Shown here piece by piece: positions 1 through 8,683 of a stretch of 64,000 bases of DNA (position 1 is the first letter of the stretch; each line of letters starts with the position of its first letter). The stretch spans positions 2,432,001 through 2,496,000 of the forward strand of contig OZ242320.1 in NCBI GenBank assembly GCA_965208125.1, written 5' to 3'. The stretch is from Candidatus Latescibacterota bacterium (GTDB lineage: Bacteria; Latescibacterota; UBA2968). A program made the position numbers and the translations under genes. The notes under the pieces were generated by a model. It searched no databases and was not told the DNA's origin. It saw nothing but the letters and a program-made list of their open reading frames with translations.

Positions 1-456
1 TTTTTTGCCCCGGCGATACAGGTGATTTACTATCTGGACGATGTGGATGCCGGGTCCCACTGTACGAGCCTTATTCCAGAGAGTGCCGAGACCAAGCGTC
101 AATTGCCCAAGACGCGGGAGGGGAAATCCGGATGGGGCGAGGGTGTCCTGCGGATTGACGATAGTGAGACGGCGTATGTAGATCCGGATAAGCCGATGTG
201 GACAGATTCTTTTGGTCGCACAAATCCCCGACGGATTGGTCGGGTCGATGTCCACGCGCCAGCGGGGTCTGCTGTGATGTTCAATATTGCCAGTTATCAC
301 TGCGGGACTGTCCGGCAGACACAGCGGATTCGGCGCACGGCGCATTTGATGTATCGGCAGCCAGATCCGATATTCTCGCGGCACGCACTGGGTCCCGATT
401 GGGAGAGTGTGGCGGCGTTTAGAGCCGCGCTGCCAAAGCGATCAGCGATTGGATGA
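1..456 (+). CDS. Phytanoyl-CoA dioxygenase (PhyH)-family protein, 5'-truncated by the window edge
   Basis: Frame is open from base 1; VIYYLDDV..., APAGSAVMFN..SYH and R-R-x-x-H-L-M-Y fit the C-terminal jelly-roll of PhyH-type dioxygenases. Confidence 0.6.
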   Translation, partial: FFAPAIQVIYYLDDVDAGSHCTSLIPESAETKRQLPKTREGKSGWGEGVLRIDDSETAYVDPDKPMWTDSFGRTNPRRIGRVDVHAPAGSAVMFNIASYHCGTVRQTQRIRRTAHLMYRQPDPIFSRHALGPDWESVAAFRAALPKRSAIG

Positions 457-496
457 AAATGCTTTCCTGATCGAAACGGGCAGATGCTGCAGGTCC

Positions 497-1696
497 TCAA
501 AACTGCACCCACACACCTCTGCCTTGAAGGGCTGGAATGTGCGTATTGAGCGATGTGTCACTCAATGGGTTATTCCGTACCTCAACCACATCTCCACTGC
601 CCAATCCCGTGTTTGCAATTAGAGGTGAAAGATCCGAGATGCTGTTGTCGGAAAGACCCAGCACTGTCAGGTTTGTCAGTCCTGAGAGGGCAGAGGCATC
701 CGAGATGCTGTTGCTGTTAAGATACAGGTCTGTCAGGTTTGTCAGTCTGGAGAGGGCAGAGATATCCGAGATGCTGTTGCTGTAAAGATGCAGCCTTGTC
801 AGGTTTGTCAGTCTGGAGAGGGCAGAGATATCCGAGATGCTGTTGCTGTAAAGACGCAACACTGTCAGGTTTGTCAGTCCAGAGAGGGCAGAGATATCCG
901 AGATGCTGTTGGTGCCAAGATGCAGCTCTGTCAAGTTTGCCAGTCCAGAGAGGGCAGAGACATCCGAGATGCTGTTGGTGCCAAGATCCAGGTATGTCAG
1001 GTTTGTCAGTCTGGAGAGGGCAGAGACATCCGAGATGCTGTTGGTGAGAAGACGCAGTTCTGTCAGGTTTGTCAGTCCAGAGAGGGCAGAGATATCCGAG
1101 ATGCTGTTGGTGCCAAGATACAGGTCTGTCAGATTTGTCAGTCTGGAGAGGGCAGAGACATCCGAGATGCTGTTGTTGTGAAGATGCAGCCTTGTCAGGT
1201 TTGTCAGTCCAGAGAGGGCAGAGACATCCGAGATGCTGTTGCTGTAAAGATACAGGTCTGTCAGACCCGTTGCAAACTCAAGCCCGGTCAAGTCGCTGAT
1301 ATTCTTACGCGTCGCTGCAAGCCTGGTCAAGCTCGCCATCTCTTCTCTGCTGATCGGCGCACTACTCGCCTTGTCCAGGCTGTCTGCGATTACCGCACGC
1401 AGGTTCGCATCGCGAATGGCAACCGAGCCGAAGTAGCTGGTGAAACTCAGAAAATCGCCAAAGCCAACCGCACCATCGCTGTCCAGATCATACTTCGCGT
1501 CATATCTCCCATCGCCCTGACGCGCTCCAAACTGATCTACAAACGCCAAAAAGTCGGCAAAATCCACAACGCCATTGCCGTCAAAGTCGGCGTCTGCCGC
1601 GGTTGGGGTTTGTGCAGAGGCAGGCCCCGCCATCAGAAGCAGGGCGAGAAACACAACAGCGAGCGACCCTTCTCTGTAAAAGTTTTTGCGTTTCAT
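497..1696 (-). CDS. Secreted internalin-type leucine-rich repeat protein with N-terminal EF-hand/dockerin-like motifs
   Basis: Signal peptide (..GPASA-Q); DFDGNGVVDFADF and DLDSDGAVGFGDF Ca-binding-like motifs; IRDANLR..I cap; ~11 repeats of 22 aa (LxxLxLxxNSISDxSALSxLTN). Confidence 0.9.
   Translation of the reverse strand: MKRKNFYREGSLAVVFLALLLMAGPASAQTPTAADADFDGNGVVDFADFLAFVDQFGARQGDGRYDAKYDLDSDGAVGFGDFLSFTSYFGSVAIRDANLRAVIADSLDKASSAPISREEMASLTRLAATRKNISDLTGLEFATGLTDLYLYSNSISDVSALSGLTNLTRLHLHNNSISDVSALSRLTNLTDLYLGTNSISDISALSGLTNLTELRLLTNSISDVSALSRLTNLTYLDLGTNSISDVSALSGLANLTELHLGTNSISDISALSGLTNLTVLRLYSNSISDISALSRLTNLTRLHLYSNSISDISALSRLTNLTDLYLNSNSISDASALSGLTNLTVLGLSDNSISDLSPLIANTGLGSGDVVEVRNNPLSDTSLNTHIPALQGRGVWVQF
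633..1290. repeat. Ten near-identical 66-bp tandem repeats encoding the LRR units
   Basis: TCCGAGATGCTGTTG recurs with an exact 66-bp period at 633, 699, 765 ... 1161, 1227. Confidence 0.95.
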
Positions 1697-1877
1697 GTTT
1701 CCTCTTATACATACGTTTGTGTCAACTTACAAAAAAATTTCTTCTTGTAAAGCCTATTTTAGCACGACGCTGGGAAGCCATCAGCTTTCAGCGATCAGCA
1801 CCCCCAATCACCCCAAGGCCTTATGTTATTTGTTTTGCTAACTGCTGACTGACCGCTAATTGGTATTTAAAGATAAG

Positions 1878-2077
1878 ATCCGAAAAGAGACGCGGAGCCT
1901 GAAGGCTTTCTGGCTATGAGACTTTGTTTGCTCTGAGGTTTGATGCTCAATGGTCTGGTGCTTTGCCGGACGTTATGAGCGTCACCCCCTCAAGAGGATG
2001 GCTTTTACAGATACCATGGTCTGGGCTATGCTCCGTCACCGAAGCAGTCGCACTTGCTCCCCTGTCTCCTTCCGGAT
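1878..2077 (-). ncRNA. Putative ~200-nt structured RNA directly downstream of the DIP1984-like gene
   Basis: Ends pair as a ~20-bp stem (AUCCGGAAGGAGAC.GGGGAGC / GCUCCGC.GUCUCUUUUCGGAU); the G-U wobbles pair only on the minus strand; internal cUUCGg and CUUG-loop hairpins; tract of ~10 CANAGC-like repeats. Confidence 0.55.
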
Positions 2078-2083
2078 TGGTGA

Positions 2084-2623
2084 TTACTGCTCGTCCTGAA
2101 AGGCTACGATCGCTTCAAAAGATGCTGCCCGTAGCTTTCTGTTTAACGCCCTAAAAGTCAACCGTACACTTTCAAGGTCCTGGACGCTGTCGGGATATGA
2201 CAATTCGTTGGGTTCCACAATGTCGCGGTCTTCTTTGTAGATTACCCGCTGGTATGCTGCATCCACGACTTGCGTGTGAAGTTCGCCGATTTGCACATTC
2301 AAGCCTTTTCGCAATTCCAGCGCCTCGTTGAGATTGATGGTGTCGCCATCGTGTTCCATCTGGTGCTGAAAATTGGTCTGCTGAATGGCACTGTTGAGCT
2401 TGCGCCGTTTGTATTCCAGTGCTTTGATCTGGTCACGCACTTCAGTGGTGTCAAACCCGGGACTGGGACGATATTGACCCTCTTCGTCGCGATTGAAAAA
2501 TGTTCGATTGCGATTTTGCCTGGTTTCTGACAGGCAATCTTTCAGGGTTTTAATTCTGGCCTCGTATTCAGCTCTGAGTTCCAGAGCTTCGTAGAGGTAG
2601 AGTTTGTTGTTTTCGTCTGGCAT
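2084..2623 (-). CDS. DIP1984-like coiled-coil protein (two internal half-repeats)
   Basis: Start MPDENN after AGGAAGGAG RBS; repeats LYLYEALELR...LNSAIQQTNF and INLNEALELR...LNRKLRAASF resemble the L-x-EAL-x-x-R ... I-x-x-x-N pattern of the DIP1984 family. Confidence 0.6.
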   Translation of the reverse strand: MPDENNKLYLYEALELRAEYEARIKTLKDCLSETRQNRNRTFFNRDEEGQYRPSPGFDTTEVRDQIKALEYKRRKLNSAIQQTNFQHQMEHDGDTINLNEALELRKGLNVQIGELHTQVVDAAYQRVIYKEDRDIVEPNELSYPDSVQDLESVRLTFRALNRKLRAASFEAIVAFQDEQ

Positions 2624-2790
2624 GTTTTCTCCTTCCTTTCTCCTCCCGTCATTTATGCATTTATGCATCGCTTTGGTGCAGTATCGGCTCTGACAAAGCT
2701 GAAAAGATAAAAGATTCAGAGAATTTGAAATTTTTTTAGAAAAATAAAAAACGGGTAGAGAATTACGAGACTCTCTACCTGTTATGCTAA

Positions 2791-2827
2791 TTTTTCATGG
2801 TGGGTAATACTGTACTTGGACCGGTGA
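2791..2827 (-). mobile_element. Degenerate copy of the tRNA-Val(GAC) 3' end (att-like scar)
   Basis: ATGGTGGGtaATACTGtACTTGgACCgGTGA (2797-2827) matches 15088-15118 at 26 of 31 nt in the same orientation. Confidence 0.65.
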
Positions 2828-2909
2828 TTTTTTACCTGATCGTATGAAAAGTCAGGTTTCTGGAAAGTACCGCTCCTGAATCTAAACCACTCGCATTTTC
2901 TGAGATTCC

Positions 2910-3833
2910 TTATTCTTTTTTCCACGGACCACCGTCTTGCCATACTTGATTGTATTCCTCTCTTCTTGTGGCTGCAAGAAGGGGTGGAGCAAGAAAAGTG
3001 CTCAACGTTTCAATAAGTTCAGGAAGTTCCTGTGGGGCATCTGTCAGGTCGCTCCGTTCAAGAAAACTACGCCACTGCTCTGCTTTCCCCGGATATTCGG
3101 CAAATTGCTTATCCAGAGCGACCGGCTGTTCGTTGGGTAAGGGTATCCTTCGTCGCTCGAAAGTCCCCCGGATGGCCTGAGTTAGCACCAGCCCTTCAAA
3201 AGAAAATGTTCTGGCTATTAGCCAGAGGTCATAGAAATCCTTCATACGGCTATTTTGCATACCCAAGACAACCAGGGCATTCAGTTTTTCGGCGACGACC
3301 GTCTCAGGAGGATAGGCTCTGAGTTCGGGTGCAGGAAAATCCAGCAACCCCGGGTACAGGAGAGTAGTGGTCCTGGGTATTACCACGTCTCCAAATCCCA
3401 CGTCAATTTGCACCTGGAACCGTGCAGTTCCAAGCAAACAAGAGAGACGGATGCGATGACTCTCATAGACTGCATTATCTCGAATGGCTTGGACTCGAAC
3501 ACTTTCAGGGTCATAAAAAAGCCCGTCTGCCACCACATTTTCTCGACAGATTGCTTTAAAGACTTTTGCGATATGGTCATGGGAGGCTTCGCCATGGCCC
3601 AACAAATCCAGGTCTCGAGTTATACGATGAGCACTACCTGTCCAGGCGAAGAAAAGCAGGGCACCTTTGAGGATAAAACTGGAGCGAAATGGAGACTGGG
3701 ACAGACGGTAGAGGAATCTTTCAATGGCATATCGCAAGAAAATCTGATTGGGTTCTTCCCTTTTTTCTCTGCTCAGGTTTAAAAGTCGCTGATGGACGGA
3801 TACAGGTAGATTTTTGGGACGCGTTCTTTTCAT
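2910..3833 (-). CDS. abiEii: AbiEii-family nucleotidyltransferase toxin (type IV TA)
   Basis: YAIERFLYRLS, FILKGALL, R-I-T-R-D-L-D-L, IDVGFGD, ETVVAEKL, NSRMKDFYD; ATGA overlap with the upstream antitoxin stop at 3830-3833. Confidence 0.9.
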   Translation of the reverse strand: MKRTRPKNLPVSVHQRLLNLSREKREEPNQIFLRYAIERFLYRLSQSPFRSSFILKGALLFFAWTGSAHRITRDLDLLGHGEASHDHIAKVFKAICRENVVADGLFYDPESVRVQAIRDNAVYESHRIRLSCLLGTARFQVQIDVGFGDVVIPRTTTLLYPGLLDFPAPELRAYPPETVVAEKLNALVVLGMQNSRMKDFYDLWLIARTFSFEGLVLTQAIRGTFERRRIPLPNEQPVALDKQFAEYPGKAEQWRSFLERSDLTDAPQELPELIETLSTFLAPPLLAATRREEYNQVWQDGGPWKKE

Positions 3834-4435
3834 GCCACGATAGCTTCCATATAGGGCCGCATCACATTGGTCATGCGACAGACCTTTGCGAAGTGCCAGA
3901 GGTCGTCCATTGTGATGCGGCGGTCGCGGATGCATTCTTTCAACGCTTCAAGAGCGATGTCCAGGCCGATTTTGTTGCGGTATTTGAAGCAGTCTGCAAC
4001 TGTTTTGGCGGGGTTAAAAATCTGAACGGGAACGCCTTCAATCTGATATGTCTCGATCCCTTCAGTCAGTGCAACACCGGAGAACCGCATCACCCTCAGG
4101 GGAGGAAATTGCATCTTTGGCTTGGCTGCTCTGCGGTCAATGGCCATCCAGACCTGGTGTGGTAGCTGTGTGCCGATTTCGTGAAAGCTCAAAGCTGACA
4201 GCAGACAGATCACCCCGTGGGGAATGCGCTTTGCTACTTGCGCCAGCCCATAGTGTACCGAAATCTCGGCATTGGCTGCAATGTACAGGCCTCTTCCTTC
4301 CCGTCGCACCAGTCCTTTCTGATATAGCCGACGCAGATATTCGGGATGAAGGCCCCGGGACGTCAGATCGCAAACTCTCAAGAGACCTTGCTGTGCCAGT
4401 TCCAGAACTTGATTTTCTGGTGAATTTTTAGACAT
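3830..4435 (-). CDS. abiEi: AbiEi-family antitoxin / transcriptional regulator (type IV TA)
   Basis: N-terminal wHTH (GLVRREGRGLY), GVICLLSALSFHEI, KTVADCFKYRNKIGLD. Confidence 0.9.
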   Translation of the reverse strand: MSKNSPENQVLELAQQGLLRVCDLTSRGLHPEYLRRLYQKGLVRREGRGLYIAANAEISVHYGLAQVAKRIPHGVICLLSALSFHEIGTQLPHQVWMAIDRRAAKPKMQFPPLRVMRFSGVALTEGIETYQIEGVPVQIFNPAKTVADCFKYRNKIGLDIALEALKECIRDRRITMDDLWHFAKVCRMTNVMRPYMEAIVA

Positions 4436-4440
4436 GTGTC

Positions 4441-4470
4441 ATAGTATATCTATTTATAATTTTTTGTCAA
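4441..4470 (-). promoter_or_regulatory. Sigma70-type promoter of abiEi, probably leaderless
   Basis: Minus strand TTGACA (4470-4465), then TATACT (16-nt spacer) or TACTAT (18-nt spacer), ending 5-7 nt before the ATG at 4435; no RBS. Confidence 0.55.
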
Positions 4471-4629
4471 TATTATTACACAAAAGGCTTATATTATTAT
4501 ATTATTATGTGTCTATACCAGAGTTAATGTGACAACCTGAAAACTGTGATACTGGTTGCCCACATTTTGTTTTCACAAGATGTGCGATGTGGCAATTTCA
4601 GGTCTTTGATAGGATAGAGGAATCAGAAT

Positions 4630-5970
4630 ATGAAACAACCTAATGTTGTGTTTATCGACTGTCACGATCTGGGCGATTGGCTCGGTTGTTATGACCGGCC
4701 CGATGTATCGACGCCAAATCTGGATCGGTTGGCTTCTCAGGGTGCCCGGTTTTCGCAATTTATCGCGACGGCACCTATTTGTATTCCCAGTCGCGTTGGC
4801 TTGTATTGCAGTCAGATGCCGCATATGATCGGTGTGTGGGGACAATTTCCCTATGCGGATGATGCTGTGTGCATGGCGCGTTATTTTCAGGATGTGGGCT
4901 ATGAGACGGTGCTGAGCAACCGGTTGATGATTCCGAATGATCCATCCTGGGCGGGTTTTTCGCGTGTGCTGGAGGAGAAGGCTGGTGTGGAAGTTTTGGC
5001 TGAGCGTTTTTTACGAGAAGAAGCACCGTCTATCGAGCGCCCCTTTTTTTTGCAGGTCTCTTTCTCGGAGGTGCATAGACCTTTTGGTCTGGATTACGAT
5101 CCAGAGCTTGCGGAGAGAATGGTTGTGCCTCCGGATCTGCCCGATTGTTCGGAGGTGCGCAAAGATCTCGCCGCGTTGTGTCGGCAGATTGGGGAGTTGG
5201 ATAAAAAAGTGGGGCGGATTCTGAATGCACTTGATGATCGTGGGCTGGCCGATGAGACAGTTGTGGTGTTTACTACGGAACACGGTGTGGCGACTGCGCG
5301 GGCAAAACACACGCTTTACGATGCGGGTATCCGAACGACTTTGCTTATGAGGTACCCGTCTGAGATTGCCGCTGGAACTGTGTATGGTGATTTGATTAGC
5401 AATCTGGATCTGCTGCCGACGTTGATGGATTTGTGCGGTCTGGAGGAGCCGGATGGTATTCTGGGTCGGAGTTTTCGGGGGTTGTTTTCCGGTGCGGGAT
5501 GGGCTGGTCGGTCTGTGGTGTTTAGCGAGCAGACCTGGGGGCGGCGTGCTGGGAACTGGTATTACACGCCGATGCGGTGTGTTCGGTCGGATCAGTTCAA
5601 GCTGATCCGCAATTTTGCGCGGGTGCCAAATTATGTCGATAATGGGTGGGTGAATCGTTTTCAGAACAGGCGAGAGGTTGTTCAGGCACTTTTTTCAAGA
5701 CCGGCACCGGAACGGGAGCTTTACAGTTTGGCAGACGATCCGTATGAGTTGAACAATGTTGCAGATGATCCGCGTTTTTCAAAGGTTCGCGATGATTTGG
5801 AGGGGCAATTAACCGCGTTTCTCGAGGAGACAGAGGATCCCATTTTGATGGGATTTGTGCCGAATAGAGAAGGTCATTCCGATGTTCCGCAGTGGATTAA
5901 ACAGTCAGACGGCACGTTTTTGTTGGAGGCGGATCGGGAGATTTATCACTCGGAGCAGCCTTTTGATTAA
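4630..5970 (+). CDS. Sulfatase (formylglycine-dependent, S1)
   Basis: PNVVFI, TPNLDRLA, CIPSR (CxPxR), ELYSLADDPYELNN. Confidence 0.9.
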   Translation: MKQPNVVFIDCHDLGDWLGCYDRPDVSTPNLDRLASQGARFSQFIATAPICIPSRVGLYCSQMPHMIGVWGQFPYADDAVCMARYFQDVGYETVLSNRLMIPNDPSWAGFSRVLEEKAGVEVLAERFLREEAPSIERPFFLQVSFSEVHRPFGLDYDPELAERMVVPPDLPDCSEVRKDLAALCRQIGELDKKVGRILNALDDRGLADETVVVFTTEHGVATARAKHTLYDAGIRTTLLMRYPSEIAAGTVYGDLISNLDLLPTLMDLCGLEEPDGILGRSFRGLFSGAGWAGRSVVFSEQTWGRRAGNWYYTPMRCVRSDQFKLIRNFARVPNYVDNGWVNRFQNRREVVQALFSRPAPERELYSLADDPYELNNVADDPRFSKVRDDLEGQLTAFLEETEDPILMGFVPNREGHSDVPQWIKQSDGTFLLEADREIYHSEQPFD

Positions 5971-5982
5971 AGGAGTTGTGAC

Positions 5983-7482
5983 ATGAATCTGGAATCCTAC
6001 TGCGCAGGGGAGCCACTTGAGGTTGGTACGGAAACCGTATTGCTGATCGACAATGCCACGGTGGAAGACCGCTGGGGGGTAAGTCGTGTGCTGAATGTGC
6101 CGATTAAGGATCCGCACAACCCCGTGCTTATGCCCGACAGGCCGTGGGAAGATTCGGTGGGTCAGCAAAATGTGATTTACGACGACGAAGCTGGCGTGTT
6201 CCGCATGTGGTATGCCGGGACCGATTGGAACGCGTGGATGCACCAGTTCCGCTTCAAAGACTGGAAGGCGGAGCGGCACGGGTATCCCTATTTTGTCTGC
6301 TATGCCGAGAGCCTGGACGGGGTACACTGGGACAAGCCGATGCTGGAGGGCAAGCCGTACGGACAATATGAGAAGACCAATGTGGTGGTCACGGGACAGC
6401 AAAAGGCCCAGGGGGTGCGCGTGATGTGGAATCCCCTCGGTGGCGTGCAGCAGAGCCGTTTTCTGATGACTTACAAGGACAATCTGGCCGAGGGCTATGG
6501 ATGTCTGTGTCTGGCTTATTCGGATGATGGGATTCACTGGCGGGAGGATCCGTCGAACCCGGCTTTCATCGGTCTGCGGGACACGTGGCAAAACATGGTG
6601 TTCGATCCTGTTCGGGAGCGCTGGCTGATGTTCGGGCGGCCCGTGTGTACCGCTGGTGTTGGGGATGTGCCGGGTGGACCGACGGAGCACAACTTCAAGC
6701 GCCGGACAGCGGTGATGGTCGGGGAGACGCCGTATGATTTTGGCCAGCCCCGGGTGGTGATGTGGCCGGAAGAAGCAGATGATCCGGATATCGACCACAT
6801 GGTGGTTTCTCGGGTAGGCAGCCATTTCATCGGTTTTGTCGGAATGATGGGGCCTCCGCCGCACATGGCCTTCCATCTGCATCTGGCGTTTAGCAGCGAT
6901 GGCTTGCACTGGAATATGTTGCCCGACCGGTCTGTATATCTTCCCCATGGCGGGTCCGACGCTTTCGACTCGGGTTCTACCTCGGGGGCCGGAGGCATTG
7001 TGCGCATGGGAAATACGGATTTTATCTACTATCGCGGATCCCGCCACGGCCAGGCACAGGGCAACAGGAACAATGTCTCGGGCATCGGCCGGGCGCAATT
7101 CCTCCAGGATCGATTCGTCGCGCAGATGGGTGCGCACACGGGAGGCTTTCTGCTTACCCGCGAAATGGTTGTTGCCGCACCGGAACTGATCGTCAATACG
7201 ACCGTGGCCGACGGGTATAACAGCGATCCGACCACGGCGATTGTTCCGCCCGAATTCGCTGTTGAAGTGCTGCGATTCGGTGAGAACGGTGCCCCGAATC
7301 CCGTGCCCGGGTTCACCCTTGCCGATTGCACCACACAGGCTGTTGACCTTGTCGAGCACAAAGTGACGTGGAAAAACAAGCAGGATATGGCAGAACTCGT
7401 GGGCATGCCTGTGTTCCTCCGCTTCTACCTCAAGAACGTGGGCCTCTATTCGCTGCGGTTTCGCGATGGAGGATCTGGATAA
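5983..7482 (+). CDS. Beta-propeller glycoside hydrolase-like protein (GH32/43/130 clan-like), unknown substrate
   Basis: NPVL.PDRPWE, FRMWY, YAESLDGVHWDKP, SDDGIHW, SSDGLHW Asp-box-like repeats; C-terminal beta-sandwich (VFLRFYLKN..LYS). Confidence 0.55.
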   Translation: MNLESYCAGEPLEVGTETVLLIDNATVEDRWGVSRVLNVPIKDPHNPVLMPDRPWEDSVGQQNVIYDDEAGVFRMWYAGTDWNAWMHQFRFKDWKAERHGYPYFVCYAESLDGVHWDKPMLEGKPYGQYEKTNVVVTGQQKAQGVRVMWNPLGGVQQSRFLMTYKDNLAEGYGCLCLAYSDDGIHWREDPSNPAFIGLRDTWQNMVFDPVRERWLMFGRPVCTAGVGDVPGGPTEHNFKRRTAVMVGETPYDFGQPRVVMWPEEADDPDIDHMVVSRVGSHFIGFVGMMGPPPHMAFHLHLAFSSDGLHWNMLPDRSVYLPHGGSDAFDSGSTSGAGGIVRMGNTDFIYYRGSRHGQAQGNRNNVSGIGRAQFLQDRFVAQMGAHTGGFLLTREMVVAAPELIVNTTVADGYNSDPTTAIVPPEFAVEVLRFGENGAPNPVPGFTLADCTTQAVDLVEHKVTWKNKQDMAELVGMPVFLRFYLKNVGLYSLRFRDGGSG

Positions 7483-7510
7483 ACCGATCGCGCTTTATTG
7501 GGGGTTTTCT

Positions 7511-8539
7511 ATGCGCATACAAAACTACTGGCGGTACCCGGGGTGTGGGCCGCATGCGGCGGCGTATCTCGGAGACGGGTTGGTAGCCGCACCGTCAAAA
7601 TACGGCAATCGCATCACGTTCTGGAATGTGAGTGACATCGAACGCCCTGAACTGGTTGCGGACTTGCCGGACCGCCCCGATTGCCAGTCAGTCGCCTTCT
7701 GCAACGGATATCTGATGGTGGGCAGTGATCGCGGGATCGAAAGCATGCGCTTCTCGAAGGCGGATCTCGTCCCCATCGACTGTAGCGCATTTGCCCCGGA
7801 AGTCAACGATTTTGAAGTGGCTGCCGACACGGTACTCGCCGTCAGCAAGCGAAACGTCATCAAAGTTGTACGCGTTGAGGACGATGGCCAGTTGACTGAA
7901 ATCGGCGTGCGCGAAGATGTGCTCGCCCGCTGCCATGGGGCAAGCCATGAAGGATCCCTGGTTGGCGTGACGGGATTCAGAGGAGATGGCAGGGTAGAGA
8001 CCCCTCTCGGCCTTTTTCCGGACGCTGTGGATGAGGATGGACGATTCACCGATCCAGACGGCTGGACGCTTGCCAACGGAGGTGAGCCTTCGAGGTGGTA
8101 TATGAACATTTCGAACCGCATTATCCTGTACCGGAAGCGCGCCTATGTGGCAACTGGTATTTCAAGGATCCAGGATCCCAGGAGGGAATGGTTGCTGGAT
8201 CCATCGGTCACAGTTCTCAGTGTGGAGCATCCTGATGCCCCGGAGTTCCTGGGCAATTACCCCTGTACTGGTTCCGCGACCTGCACGGGGCTTTATCTCG
8301 ACCGGGACCGTGAGTGCTTAATCGTCGGATCCGGGAATATTGTGCGCCGCTTTGACATCGATGGCGACCTTTTGCACGAAACCGACAGGCTTGCGTTTCC
8401 CTACGGAGATTTTGGCGACGGATATCCCAGGGCCCCGACGATCCACGATGTGTGCAAGACCGATTTGATCTGTGACGGTCTGCCCGTTTTTTTCGCCGGT
8501 GCTCAGGCGACCGACGATCTATACCTCTTCACGGTTTGA
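7511..8539 (+). CDS. Hypothetical beta-propeller protein (LVIVD-like repeats)
   Basis: ITFWNVSDIERPELV and VLSVEHPDAPEFLG resemble LVIVD blades; start uncertain (7466 or 7511). Confidence 0.45.
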   Translation: MRIQNYWRYPGCGPHAAAYLGDGLVAAPSKYGNRITFWNVSDIERPELVADLPDRPDCQSVAFCNGYLMVGSDRGIESMRFSKADLVPIDCSAFAPEVNDFEVAADTVLAVSKRNVIKVVRVEDDGQLTEIGVREDVLARCHGASHEGSLVGVTGFRGDGRVETPLGLFPDAVDEDGRFTDPDGWTLANGGEPSRWYMNISNRIILYRKRAYVATGISRIQDPRREWLLDPSVTVLSVEHPDAPEFLGNYPCTGSATCTGLYLDRDRECLIVGSGNIVRRFDIDGDLLHETDRLAFPYGDFGDGYPRAPTIHDVCKTDLICDGLPVFFAGAQATDDLYLFTV

Positions 8540-8683
8540 GTAGAATGGGCATTCTCGAATCTGAAAGCGGAGAAGGGTTTTTTGATCGAAACACAGGCGT
8601 CCTAAGGGGAAGAGGTCGCTTCTATTGTGAACTGGCTTGCGGGGATCGCGTGATCCGGTGGCTATTTATTACAGGAGGCCCGT

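Noticed and set aside
633-1290. Possible CRISPR array (regular 66-bp period)
   Set aside because: The units are contiguous coding repeats without unique spacers, and there are no cas genes in the window.
739-1750. Cys-rich repetitive plus-strand ORFs (788-1750, 739-1047, 1069-1299) that look like metal-binding or RiPP repeats
   Set aside because: They are antisense shadows of the 66-bp LRR repeats; the minus-strand LRR protein has a signal peptide and a coherent fold.
1777-1860. Short TCAGC/GCTGA heptamer-like inverted cluster upstream of the LRR gene
   Set aside because: It looks like a generic low-complexity intergenic palindrome and is too degenerate to assign a function.
1924-2154. 76-aa plus-strand ORF over the putative ncRNA
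   Set aside because: It has a TTG start, no RBS and overlaps the convergent gene; the strand-specific G-U pairing favours an RNA on the minus strand.
5905-7359. 484-aa minus-strand ORF and similar long antisense ORFs (8831-9769, 20735-21514, 48068-49171)
   Set aside because: Each lies opposite a motif-bearing gene in GC-rich sequence and has an Arg/His/Pro-rich shadow composition.
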